From assembly GCA_038065955.1 (NCBI GenBank), contig JBBTPY010000001.1, forward strand, positions 1,890 to 65,889: DNA of 64,000 bases. Reading direction: 5' to 3'. The position numbers and the translations under genes were made by a program. Of this stretch, positions 38,307 to 47,165 are shown piece by piece (position 1 is the stretch's first letter; each line of letters starts with the position of its first letter). Origin of the DNA: Patescibacteria group bacterium (GTDB taxonomy: Bacteria > Patescibacteriota > Minisyncoccia > UBA6257 > UBA9933). The notes below the pieces were generated by a model. That model had not been told where the DNA came from and searched no databases. It saw only the letters and a program-made list of their open reading frames with translations.

Positions 38307-39797
38307 TTAAATTAAATTTTTTAAAGTTTTCCAAATTGCGTACATGGCATAGGTGTCAAGCCCGCAGTAAATCTTTAAGTCATTAATGGCCTTCTCCTTT
38401 TCTACCGCGTCAAAAGAGCCGTTTGTAATTTTATTCCAAGTCTCCGCCGCATTTCCTCCTTCCTGTATTTCAAGTTCTTTATATGATAATTCGGGGGCAA
38501 GAACAGGCAAAATGTTTTTGATAGAGGTTTTTCCCTTAAAATCAGGATGTATAAAATGTTGTTCAGTAAAAATATCCCTAATATCAATAATTCTATTATT
38601 TAAATCCTCTAAAAAAATTTTGTATTCAGGATTGCGCTCCGCAAGTTCTTTGTTTCTCCCCTTTTCAAAAGGCTTGTACCACACTACAACAGCCCCATTA
38701 CTTGGGAGATTTTTCCGTAAGGCTTCAATAATCGCTTCATCGGGGTTTTTATTCTCTGTAAAAATAAACTCTGAATGGGTTGGTTCTATTTCATCCTGTT
38801 TAAAAATATGAAGTGAAAATTGAAATGGTATTTGATTAAACGGGCCATATCCGGTAAATCTCGGGATGGCCGCCGGAAAAGTTTCATAATCCAAAAAAGA
38901 AACCTGGTTGGAAATAACACTTAAAAAATTATCAATCTCCTGTTTATCAATAAAAGTCTTCCCTGATTGTGCGGCGTCAACTTGATTTCGTTGTTTGTCG
39001 CTTAATTTGAATTCTTTAGGAATATCTTGTACTGAAAAAATACCACTGTCAATAAGTTCCCTAAGTTTCTTTTTTGACTGGCCAATGCGAGAAATATCGT
39101 GGACGCTATATTCTGGGACTTCTGGATTGGCGTGCTGAAAAGTTGAGCAATGGTTTGATCTGCCTTTATAGATACACGGACAAGAACCTTTCGGCTCTGA
39201 ATCCTGCGAGATATATTTTAATGCTTCTGCCGCCTCTGTATTAACGCTGGCGGCAATACTTTCCACTTCAGCGCTCACGTCAACAATCTTAAAAAGTCCT
39301 TCTATATTCAACTCGCCGGAACGAATATATTCTGAATTAAGATGAATAAGGTGCGCTTTATTTATTTTCAGGCCACACTTCCTAAGTAAATTTACCTGAA
39401 AAGCCAAATCGTGATAATGCGCTTTTTCATCAATACTACGCGTTGATTTCACTTCGTATATCGAATATCCCTGCGCCACTGATTCAAACTTTAAAATATC
39501 AACGGCGGCCAAATAGTTGTCTTTAATAAAAATTGGCTGAAATAGTATTTCTTGTTTTTTTGAGATGAAATCTTTTGTAATTTTTTGTGATTCCTCGCCT
39601 CTTCCTTCAATTAAAATTCCGGCTGGAAATAATTTTCTCGCTTCCAATTCAACTTCATTGCCCGTTTCTATAATTGATTTCTCAAACCCCGACAGTTCCG
39701 ATTGAAAATATATGTCCGGCTTACGGATTTTGTACCAAACGTTTTTCGGACATTCACGAAATAAAACATAGTCCGTTTTGGATAATATGACTTTCAT
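38307..39797 (-). CDS. DUF2779-domain nuclease-like protein
   Basis: 'LSKTDY...CPK..W', 'VDIL', 'YEVKS', 'FLDYET...PFQFSLH', 'SIKNILP', 'YCGLDT'. Confidence 0.85.
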   Translation of the reverse strand: MKVILSKTDYVLFRECPKNVWYKIRKPDIYFQSELSGFEKSIIETGNEVELEARKLFPAGILIEGRGEESQKITKDFISKKQEILFQPIFIKDNYLAAVDILKFESVAQGYSIYEVKSTRSIDEKAHYHDLAFQVNLLRKCGLKINKAHLIHLNSEYIRSGELNIEGLFKIVDVSAEVESIAASVNTEAAEALKYISQDSEPKGSCPCIYKGRSNHCSTFQHANPEVPEYSVHDISRIGQSKKKLRELIDSGIFSVQDIPKEFKLSDKQRNQVDAAQSGKTFIDKQEIDNFLSVISNQVSFLDYETFPAAIPRFTGYGPFNQIPFQFSLHIFKQDEIEPTHSEFIFTENKNPDEAIIEALRKNLPSNGAVVVWYKPFEKGRNKELAERNPEYKIFLEDLNNRIIDIRDIFTEQHFIHPDFKGKTSIKNILPVLAPELSYKELEIQEGGNAAETWNKITNGSFDAVEKEKAINDLKIYCGLDTYAMYAIWKTLKNLI

Positions 39798-39974
39798 AAA
39801 TGTTGGCTAAGTTATCCAACTACTGACTCCCACGCTTCAAATATAGATACTAAATTCATACACGCATTATATCTCAACGACCGCCCCTCATCAAATTGCT
39901 CTCTGGAAAAATCGCCTGAAAATCCCTACCGCGTCCTTCCGAAGCGCTTACAGAAGCTGGCGCGAAGGAGGATA

Positions 39975-40127
39975 ATCCTTATTGCCGAGCGGACGCTTTC
40001 GTTCCCCATCAAAAATGCTTGGATTCTCGCGGGGAAATACCATGCCGAGGCGCGAAGCGCCGAGGCAACATCCTCCCCAAAATGGGATTTAGATAAAATG
40101 CGGAGGGTACAGGATTTGAACCTGTGA
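39975..40127 (+). pseudogene. Large serine recombinase C-terminal relic reading into the antisense tRNA-Ser 3' end
   Basis: ILIAERTLSFPIKNAWILAGKYHAEARSAEATSSPKWDLDKMRRVQDLNL*; final codons overlap the tRNA T-arm. Confidence 0.55.
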
Positions 40128-40185
40128 TGCCTTTCGGCATACTCGCTTTCCAAGCGAGCGCACTAGACCACTATGCGAACCCTCC
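40101..40185 (-). tRNA. tRNA-Ser(GGA)
   Basis: Acceptor GGAGGGT/ACCCTCC, anticodon arm CTCGC-TTGGAAA-GCGAG, long variable arm ATGCC-GAAA-GGCAT, T-loop GTTCAAATC; CCA not encoded. Confidence 0.96.
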
Positions 40186-40483
40186 ATATTTCCTCTTTAA
40201 TTCTTCTCGTTTATAACCATTTTTATATTCTAACTCAAGTTTAATGGATTTCTCTTCTGAAAAAGTCGCTATTTTTTCTAGAAGAATAAATGGTTTTCTG
40301 GACTTCGTAGATCTAACCTTGCCAGAATTATGTTCATTGAATCTTCTTTTAAAATCCTTTGTCCTGCCAATGTATAGATTATTATCTTTCAAACTTTTCA
40401 GAATGTAGACGAAATACATAATTTATAAACGCACTAGACCCCTGCCTGCCTGCCGGCAGGCAGGACTATGCGAACCCTCCATA
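40159..40483 (-). mobile_element. GIY-YIG mini-element at the tRNA-Ser 5' end
   Basis: 30-bp segment 40159-40188 duplicated at 40430-40483, where a 24-bp palindrome (40441-40464) splits it. Confidence 0.8.
40171..40419 (-). CDS. Small GIY-YIG nuclease
   Basis: 'VYILKSLKDNNLYIGRTKDFKRRFNEHNSG...STK'; last codons GGFA* are tRNA-Ser nt 1-15. Confidence 0.92.
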   Translation of the reverse strand: MYFVYILKSLKDNNLYIGRTKDFKRRFNEHNSGKVRSTKSRKPFILLEKIATFSEEKSIKLELEYKNGYKREELKRKYGGFA

Positions 40484-40500
40484 AACTTTTACATCTTATC

Positions 40501-41100
40501 TTATTTATAAACAATTACCAAGCCATTGCCTTTGTTTTTTTTCGCTTTATACATATTTTTATCGGCTTTTTCTATAAGCAAACGAATATTGGAAACAACT
40601 TTTTTTCCGCTTTTTGCCGAAACTGCGCCGAAACTGGCGCTCGGCTTGAACGAGCGAGGCGCGCCGTAAATTTTTACCGCCGATAATTTTTTCCGCAATT
40701 TTTCGGCTACTTTCACGGAATTGCCCAAATCGACATTGACAAGCCCTATCACGAATTCATCGCCGCCCCATCTGCCGACAATGTCCAAATCCCTGAGATT
40801 TTTCGTAAAAACTTTGGCGGCTAATTTTATAAAACTGTCGCCGGCTTTATGGCCGTATTTATCGTTTAATTTTTTCAAATTGTCCAAATCAACGAATATT
40901 ATTGAAAAATCAAAAACGACAAAACGGCTCCCCTCTTTTATTTCAACTCCGCCGCGCCTGATTGTTTCAAGAAACTTTTCCGCCTGCCGGACAAATCCTT
41001 CGCGATTGTAAACGCCCGTTAAAAAATCGCGTTCCGCCAAAATTTTCAATCTTCTGACTTCTTTTTCCAGTTCCCTGATTTTTTTATTCATAATAACCAA
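40501..41100 (-). CDS. Diguanylate cyclase (GGDEF)
   Basis: 'DFLTGVYNR', 'DLDNLKKLNDKYGH..GD', 'RWGGDEF', 'ADKNMYKAK'. Confidence 0.93.
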   Translation of the reverse strand: MVIMNKKIRELEKEVRRLKILAERDFLTGVYNREGFVRQAEKFLETIRRGGVEIKEGSRFVVFDFSIIFVDLDNLKKLNDKYGHKAGDSFIKLAAKVFTKNLRDLDIVGRWGGDEFVIGLVNVDLGNSVKVAEKLRKKLSAVKIYGAPRSFKPSASFGAVSAKSGKKVVSNIRLLIEKADKNMYKAKKNKGNGLVIVYK

Positions 41101-41103
41101 CGG

Positions 41104-42021
41104 TTAAACGCGCATTCCGCGCAATGCGGCAATTCTTTCTTCTACCGGCGGATGGGTCATAAATAATCTGTGCAGCCAATTAACTTTTTTCCCTTCGCCG
41201 ATGCCATGAGTAAAAGGGTCGTCAAACCAAAGATGAGATGTTGTGTTTCTGGCGACCGGCAAAGGCGTCGGGTCGCTTGCGATTTTTTCCAGCGCGCTTG
41301 CCAATCCGTCGGGGTATCTCGTAAGTAAAGACCCTGAAGCGTCTGCAAGAAATTCCCTTTTACGGGAAATCGCCAGTTGAATAAGCATGGCGCTAATCGG
41401 CGCCAAAATCGCCAAAATAATTCCAATCAACATTAAAACCGTTTGCGCTTGGCCGCCGCCTCCTCTGTCTCGCCGACGGCCGAAACCAAAAAAACTGGAA
41501 CGCAAAAACATATCGGAAAGAATAGAAATAAATCCGACAAGCACTACGACAACCGTTGACAACAACATGTCGCGGTTCCCGATATGCGACAATTCATGAG
41601 CAATCACGCCTTCCAATTCGTTCCGATTAAGTTTTTTTAATAAACCTTCCGTTACCGCCACAACGGCGCGCTTCGGATTTCGGCCGGTGGCGAAAGCGTT
41701 CGGCTGATTTTCATTGACAATATAAATTTTCGGCAGAGGCAGCCCGGCGGTAATCGCTAAATTTTCCACGATATTATAAAGTTCCGGAGCGTCTTTTTTT
41801 TCAATTGGCTTAGCTCCGGCCATTTTTAAAACAATTTTATCGCTAAACCAATAAGCGATAACATTCATTAAAACGCTGAAAATAACGGCAAAATATAAAA
41901 TTGAAGAGTCTCTATAAGTCTGGCTAAAAAACCAGCCGACACCGATTACAATAATTAAGAATAAGCCGAAAAGCAGCCAAGTCTTTCTAATATTGGAATC
42001 TTTGTGAGTATATAAAGTCAT
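41104..42021 (-). CDS. htpX: Zinc metalloprotease HtpX (M48)
   Basis: 'PNAFATGRNP', HELSH, 'SRKREFLAD', 'THPPVEERI'. Confidence 0.95.
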   Translation of the reverse strand: MTLYTHKDSNIRKTWLLFGLFLIIVIGVGWFFSQTYRDSSILYFAVIFSVLMNVIAYWFSDKIVLKMAGAKPIEKKDAPELYNIVENLAITAGLPLPKIYIVNENQPNAFATGRNPKRAVVAVTEGLLKKLNRNELEGVIAHELSHIGNRDMLLSTVVVVLVGFISILSDMFLRSSFFGFGRRRDRGGGGQAQTVLMLIGIILAILAPISAMLIQLAISRKREFLADASGSLLTRYPDGLASALEKIASDPTPLPVARNTTSHLWFDDPFTHGIGEGKKVNWLHRLFMTHPPVEERIAALRGMRV

Positions 42022-42030
42022 TACTAAAAA

Positions 42031-43074
42031 TTATAATTTAATAATATCTTTTATCGTAATCACAAGCATTAAAAATATTAAAAGACTGAAACCGATGGCA
42101 TTGATTATTTTTTCAAATTTTTGATTAACCGGCGAACCCTTGATTTTTTCAATTGCCAGAAAAATCAAGCGGCCGCCGTCAAGCGCCGGAAAAGGCAAGA
42201 TATTGATTACCGCCAAATTTAAAGAAATTAAAGCCAAAAGCTGAAGCAGGTAAACAAAACCGAGTGTGCCGGCCTGAGACGTGATTTTGACGATGCCGAT
42301 AGGCCCGGTTACTTGTTCAAAAGACGCTTTCCCGACAAAAGCCTTGGTAATCAACCCGAAAATTGAAACGGTGATTGTTTTAATAAGCTCAATAGATGTT
42401 TTAAACCCTTCCCAAAAACTTATCAAAATATTTTTTTTCGGCAGGCCGGCATCAACTAAGCCGATTCCCAAAGCTCCTTGGCCGAGCGGCGGATTGATTC
42501 GCGGCACAGCGTTAAATTTAAGAGTTTCGCCGTTCCTTTGAATTTCCAAATTCACTTCTTTACCGCGCCGCTCATCAATAAATTTAATAAAACTTCCGAC
42601 TTTTAGCGCCTCTCCTTCAAGATAATTTGAATCCGCTCCGGCCGAAATTATTTTATCGCCGGCTTTTAATCCTATTTCCATCGCCGGAGTATTTTCCCGA
42701 ACTTCGGTGATTACCACGGCCGGCGGCAAACCAATGGAAAAAACAACGGAAATTACCAGCCAGCCGAACAAAAAATTCATCAACACTCCGGCGGCAATGA
42801 TTATTGCCCGCCTGCCGAGAGACAATGACGGAAAACTCCGCGTTCCGGCGGCTTCGCCGTCTTCGCCGAATATTTTCACAAATCCGCCGAAAGGCAAAGC
42901 GTTAAGGCTATAAACCGTCTCCCCTATTTTTTTGCTCCAGATTTTCGGCGGCAAGCCAAAGCCGAATTCCTCAACCAGAAGCCCGAATTTTTTCGCCGCC
43001 CAAAAATGCCCCAACTCGTGGATTAAAATCAAAATTGAAAGAAAAATTATTACCGCGATTATTCCTATTAACAT
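42031..43074 (-). CDS. rseP: RIP metalloprotease RseP (M50, PDZ)
   Basis: HELGH, 'PFGGFV', 'AGVLMN', 'NILPFPALDGG'. Confidence 0.93.
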   Translation of the reverse strand: MLIGIIAVIIFLSILILIHELGHFWAAKKFGLLVEEFGFGLPPKIWSKKIGETVYSLNALPFGGFVKIFGEDGEAAGTRSFPSLSLGRRAIIIAAGVLMNFLFGWLVISVVFSIGLPPAVVITEVRENTPAMEIGLKAGDKIISAGADSNYLEGEALKVGSFIKFIDERRGKEVNLEIQRNGETLKFNAVPRINPPLGQGALGIGLVDAGLPKKNILISFWEGFKTSIELIKTITVSIFGLITKAFVGKASFEQVTGPIGIVKITSQAGTLGFVYLLQLLALISLNLAVINILPFPALDGGRLIFLAIEKIKGSPVNQKFEKIINAIGFSLLIFLMLVITIKDIIKL

Positions 43075-43075
43075 T

Positions 43076-43621
43076 TTATTCGTTAATTTCTTTTATTTTA
43101 TTTTCTAATATTTGCTCTATTTCGCCATTCACTTCGTCAATCGCTTTTTGCGTATCTTCTTTTAATCTGAATTTTTGGTCTTCGCTGATTTCTTTATTTT
43201 CCTCCCGTTGGCTGTTTTTTTTATTCTGCTCATCACGCGAATGGCGAATTTTTATCCGCGCTTCTTCGGCTTCTTTTTTAACCAATTTAACAAGTTCTTG
43301 TCTTCGTTCTTCGGAAAGCGCCGGCAGATTAATTCTGATTAAATTGCCGTCAATATTGGCGGCAACGTTTAAACCGGAAGATTCTATCGTTTTGGCAACC
43401 GAATTAATCACTTGATTATCCCAGATTGAAATTTGAATTTCACGGGGCGGGATAACGCTTATTGAACCGAGTTGTTTAATCGGCAATTTCTGCCCAAAAT
43501 AATCAACCAAAATATCTTCAACGAGTTTTGCCGACGGCCTGTTGCTTCTGATACCGGCCATTTGTTCCTTAAAAAATTTTAAAATTCCGCTTATTTTTTC
43601 GTCAAATTCGCTTGTATTCAT
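43076..43621 (-). CDS. frr: Ribosome recycling factor
   Basis: 'IRSNRP..LVEDI.VDYFG', 'PALSEERRQELVK'. Confidence 0.95.
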   Translation of the reverse strand: MNTSEFDEKISGILKFFKEQMAGIRSNRPSAKLVEDILVDYFGQKLPIKQLGSISVIPPREIQISIWDNQVINSVAKTIESSGLNVAANIDGNLIRINLPALSEERRQELVKLVKKEAEEARIKIRHSRDEQNKKNSQREENKEISEDQKFRLKEDTQKAIDEVNGEIEQILENKIKEINE

Positions 43622-43630
43622 AAATTAAAT

Positions 43631-43672
43631 AACGTTTGACATCTGATATCTGACATACGACATATGATATTT
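43631..43672. repeat. Degenerate 7-bp tandem repeat (6 units)
   Basis: aacgttt gacatct gatatct gacatac gacatat gatattt. Confidence 0.8.
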
Positions 43673-43812
43673 TACCATAAAAAATGAATAATAGAACCTA
43701 AAAGAGTGTCCGAAGAAGACATTGAATTCAGCGCATACAAAATCTCCTTCAGATGCGACTGAAGAAGCATAAGAAATCCTCCCCAAATTATTGCCAAAAC
43801 TATTACTCCCAT
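43672..43812 (-). CDS. Possible 46-aa membrane peptide (below the ORF-track cutoff)
   Basis: MGVIVLAIIWGGFLMLLQSH...IIHFLW* fills the holB-frr gap on the operon strand. Confidence 0.35.
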   Translation of the reverse strand: MGVIVLAIIWGGFLMLLQSHLKEILYALNSMSSSDTLLGSIIHFLW

Positions 43813-43824
43813 ATTACTTTCAAA

Positions 43825-44646
43825 TTATTTAATCGCGCGGGACAAAGCGCGCAATTGCAGTTTTTTATTAACATTAAACATTTTCATTAAAGCCAATCTT
43901 TTCAGCGCTTCTTTGAGAGCGTCTAAATTTTTATCAGCGTCTTTAATTAAATCGGCGATTAAAAATTCAAAAAATTGAGCCAATTTATCGTTATTGTCTA
44001 AAATTTCTTCCGGCAATTCGCCGCGAAAATTTTTAACCGCTTTTTTTATTTCTTCAAACTCTTTATTCGTCAATAAATCAATCGCCCGACCGGGCCGGCC
44101 AAATGATTCCAGGGCCGCTGATTTTATTTTTTCTTCCGCGAATTTTTCACCGTAAGCCGAAATTAAAAATTTTTCAATCTCATTATTTGAAATTCTTGGA
44201 AAATAAATTTTCTGGAGCCGAGAAACAAGCGGTGGCAAAAGAGAATCTCTGTCCGTTGAAATAAAAATTATTAGGTTTTCCGGCGGTAATTCTTCAACGG
44301 TTTTCAAAATCGCGCTTTGGGCTTCAGGAGTCAAATTTTCCGCGTCCCTGACAATCGCAAGCCGCTTCTTGGAAAACACAGGCTTCTGATGCAGAAAATA
44401 CAGCAAAGAACGGATTTTATCAATGCCGAGCGCGCCTCCTTCTTCGGGGGCGGCGATAAAAACTTCTCTTAATAATTTCGAATTTTCAGGCGCCTGAAAA
44501 TCTTTTTTTTCCAGATAATTGGCCAGTGAAACGGCGAAAAGAAATTTTCCGACTTGCGGCTCTCCGAAAAAAAGATAAGCGTGGGACAATTTATCCTTAT
44601 CGGAAAGTTTTTTGAATAATTTTATTAAATTATCGTGACCAACCAT
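43825..44646 (-). CDS. holB: DNA polymerase III delta-prime subunit
   Basis: 'SHAYLFFG...GK', 'IDKIR', 'AENLTPEAQSAILKTVEE', 'LLPPLVSR'. Confidence 0.85.
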   Translation of the reverse strand: MVGHDNLIKLFKKLSDKDKLSHAYLFFGEPQVGKFLFAVSLANYLEKKDFQAPENSKLLREVFIAAPEEGGALGIDKIRSLLYFLHQKPVFSKKRLAIVRDAENLTPEAQSAILKTVEELPPENLIIFISTDRDSLLPPLVSRLQKIYFPRISNNEIEKFLISAYGEKFAEEKIKSAALESFGRPGRAIDLLTNKEFEEIKKAVKNFRGELPEEILDNNDKLAQFFEFLIADLIKDADKNLDALKEALKRLALMKMFNVNKKLQLRALSRAIK

Positions 44647-44650
44647 TTTA

Positions 44651-45658
44651 TTAATTTTTATTCAGCAATGTTCTTTTATACGCGTCCAAATGATTTAAAA
44701 TCATTCCCGTGCCTTTAGCTACGCAGAAAAGCGGCTCTTCCGCCACATAAGTGTTGACGCCAAAATACCGCTTAAAAAATTCTGGTAAATTGGCGATTTG
44801 CGCTCCGCCGCCGGAAAGAATAATTCCTTTGTCCATTACATCTGCCACCAACTCCGGCGGCGTCTCATTGAAAACTTTCTGCACTGCCGCGATAATTTCC
44901 AAAAGATGAGGATTAATGGCTTCGGCGATTTCGTTGGAATTAATGATGACATCTTTTGGCAAGCCGCTGACTAAATTTCTTCCTCTTACCTGATAAGTAA
45001 TTTTGCTTTTGGTCGGCAAAGCGGAGCCGATTTCAATTTTAATCGCCTCAGCCGTCTGCTCGCCGATGGCCAGCGAATATTTCTTTTTAAGATAATCAAT
45101 AATGGCAGTGTCAAACCTGTTGCCGGCGATTCTCACGCTCGCCCAAGACACTATGCCTCCTAAAGATATAATCGCCGCTTCCATCGTGCCGCCGCCGATA
45201 TTGACGATCATATTACCGGAACGAGCGTTAATCGGAATGCCGGCGCCCAATGCCGCCAAAATCGGTTCTCTGACTATATACGCTTTTTTAGCGCCAGCTT
45301 CTTTGGCGGCATTGATTACCGCCCGCCGCTCCGTCTGCGTAATGCCGGCCGGCGCCGAAATCACCACATCTGGTTTAAAAATATTAAAAGAACCGATGGC
45401 GTGACCGATAAAATATTTCAACATCGCTTTGGTAATATAATAATCGGCAATTACTCCGTTTTTAAGCGGCCGATAAGCTTTAATATCGCTGGGAGTGCGG
45501 CCGATCATTTCTTTCGCTTCTTTACCAACCGCCAAAACCGTATTTTCCGGCGCGCTAAGCGCCACAATGGTCGGCTCAAAAATCACAAAACCCCGTTTTG
45601 GCGTAAAAACGATAGTATTGGCCGTTCCCAAATCTATGCCGATTTTGCGAGTAAACAT
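44651..45658 (-). CDS. mreB: Rod shape-determining protein MreB family
   Basis: 'GIDLGTANT', 'RPLKNGVIAD', 'EP..AALGAG', 'AE.IKIEIG', 'LSGGGA'. Confidence 0.93.
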   Translation of the reverse strand: MFTRKIGIDLGTANTIVFTPKRGFVIFEPTIVALSAPENTVLAVGKEAKEMIGRTPSDIKAYRPLKNGVIADYYITKAMLKYFIGHAIGSFNIFKPDVVISAPAGITQTERRAVINAAKEAGAKKAYIVREPILAALGAGIPINARSGNMIVNIGGGTMEAAIISLGGIVSWASVRIAGNRFDTAIIDYLKKKYSLAIGEQTAEAIKIEIGSALPTKSKITYQVRGRNLVSGLPKDVIINSNEIAEAINPHLLEIIAAVQKVFNETPPELVADVMDKGIILSGGGAQIANLPEFFKRYFGVNTYVAEEPLFCVAKGTGMILNHLDAYKRTLLNKN

Positions 45659-45722
45659 AATTATAGATTCTTATTATATCCGCTTAATTGAAAAATTCAA
45701 GAAAAAAAGATATGCTAATAAA

Positions 45723-47045
45723 ATGTCTTTTAGATTTCGCCGTTTTTTATTTTATTCGTTTTTCATTATTTTTATCCCCTTAAGCGCGGGGATTATTCTT
45801 TATTCCCAAGGATGGCGATTTAATTTTAAAACTTTTTCCGCGCAAAAAACCGGCGGCATTTATATTGAAACAGAGCCAAGAGACATTACCATAAAAATAG
45901 ACGGAAAATATTTCTCCGACCGTTCGGGAATTATTCAAAACGGCACCCTGATTACCGACCTTCTGCCGAAAACCTATCAATTGACGATTCAAAAAAACGA
46001 CTATTCCCCTTATTATAAAAATCTTGAAGTGAAGCCGTCTATGGTGAGCGAACTTATCAATACTGTTTTGATTCCGGAAAAAATTGAAGAAATAGAAATA
46101 ATGCCGCAACGCCTCAAGGGAGACGAAATAACGGAATGGGACGCCGCTCGTCAAAAAATTATCGTCAAAAATTCAAAAAGCGGGATTTATTATCTTTATG
46201 AATTAAATAATGCTTCATCCGTTTTTAATATCAACATTAGCGTGAATAATTTTTCCAAAGAATCCGTTATAAAAAAAATCGCTTTCCATCCGTTTAACGA
46301 AAATAAATTGATTATTGAACTGGAATCAAAAACCAAAAGCGGACTTTATATTTTTGACGAAAATAAACTCAAATTAGAACCGCTCTTTTTAAATTCACAA
46401 AATTCTCGGATAATCGCTTGGGACATAAAAAACTCAAATATTCATCTGATAAAAAAAATAGCTGCCCCAAAAATCCGCCTCGCGCTTTTTTCATCCAACT
46501 TAACTTCAAAAACCGAAACTGAACTTGTTGAAATGCCGATTAAAGATAAAAAAACGGCGGAAAATATTAAAATTAAAATTTCTCCGTCAGGCGGCAAAAT
46601 TGGCGTTTTGGACGCTCTTGACGACCTTTATATTTTTGACATTAAAGCGCAAAGCTTGAAACAAATCGCTCATAACGCCGAAATTTTCGCCTTTTCTTAT
46701 GATGATAAAAAAATCGCTTTTGTTGACAGAGACGGAAAATTAAATATTTATTTTATAGAAGATTATTTTAAAAATATTTCCAAAAAAGCCGGCGATATCA
46801 TCGATTTTAATCTTGAAAATAAAAAACTGATTAAAAATATCTCTTGGCACAATGATTCATATCATTTATTCATTGAATACGGCGGAGAAAACGGAAAAAT
46901 AAATTTTATGGAAATTGACGACCGGCCGCCGCTAAATATTTATCTGATTATTGAAAAAGTCAAAGATTTTTATTACGCTCCCGAAACGGAATTTCTGTAT
47001 TTTATCAAAGACGAAAAACTTTATAAAGCGGATATTAATCCTTAA
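45723..47045 (+). CDS. Membrane-anchored PEGA-like/beta-propeller protein
   Basis: TM then 'YSQGWRF...TGGIYIETEP...LLPKTYQLTIQKNDY'; start set to ATG 45723. Confidence 0.75.
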   Translation: MSFRFRRFLFYSFFIIFIPLSAGIILYSQGWRFNFKTFSAQKTGGIYIETEPRDITIKIDGKYFSDRSGIIQNGTLITDLLPKTYQLTIQKNDYSPYYKNLEVKPSMVSELINTVLIPEKIEEIEIMPQRLKGDEITEWDAARQKIIVKNSKSGIYYLYELNNASSVFNINISVNNFSKESVIKKIAFHPFNENKLIIELESKTKSGLYIFDENKLKLEPLFLNSQNSRIIAWDIKNSNIHLIKKIAAPKIRLALFSSNLTSKTETELVEMPIKDKKTAENIKIKISPSGGKIGVLDALDDLYIFDIKAQSLKQIAHNAEIFAFSYDDKKIAFVDRDGKLNIYFIEDYFKNISKKAGDIIDFNLENKKLIKNISWHNDSYHLFIEYGGENGKINFMEIDDRPPLNIYLIIEKVKDFYYAPETEFLYFIKDEKLYKADINP

Positions 47046-47094
47046 TAAATAAAAAAAATCTGATTGTCTATTCGCTTTTATTTATTTTATCCAA

Positions 47095-47132
47095 GTCTTC
47101 AAAATATCCACATATGTGGCTATTTTGAAGAC
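47095..47132. repeat. 38-bp palindrome, core CCACATATGTGG (copy 2 of 2)
   Basis: gtcttcaaaatatccacatatgtggctattttgaagac. Confidence 0.75.
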
Positions 47133-47165
47133 AAAAAAAAGGTTGACCGACCGGTCAACCCAAAC

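Noticed and set aside
39926-40153. 75-aa minus-strand ORF
   Set aside because: Starts inside tRNA-Ser and is antisense to the recombinase-like relic
45495-45722. Upstream extension of the 516-aa ORF
   Set aside because: Antisense to mreB; ATG 45723 gives a normal N-terminal TM
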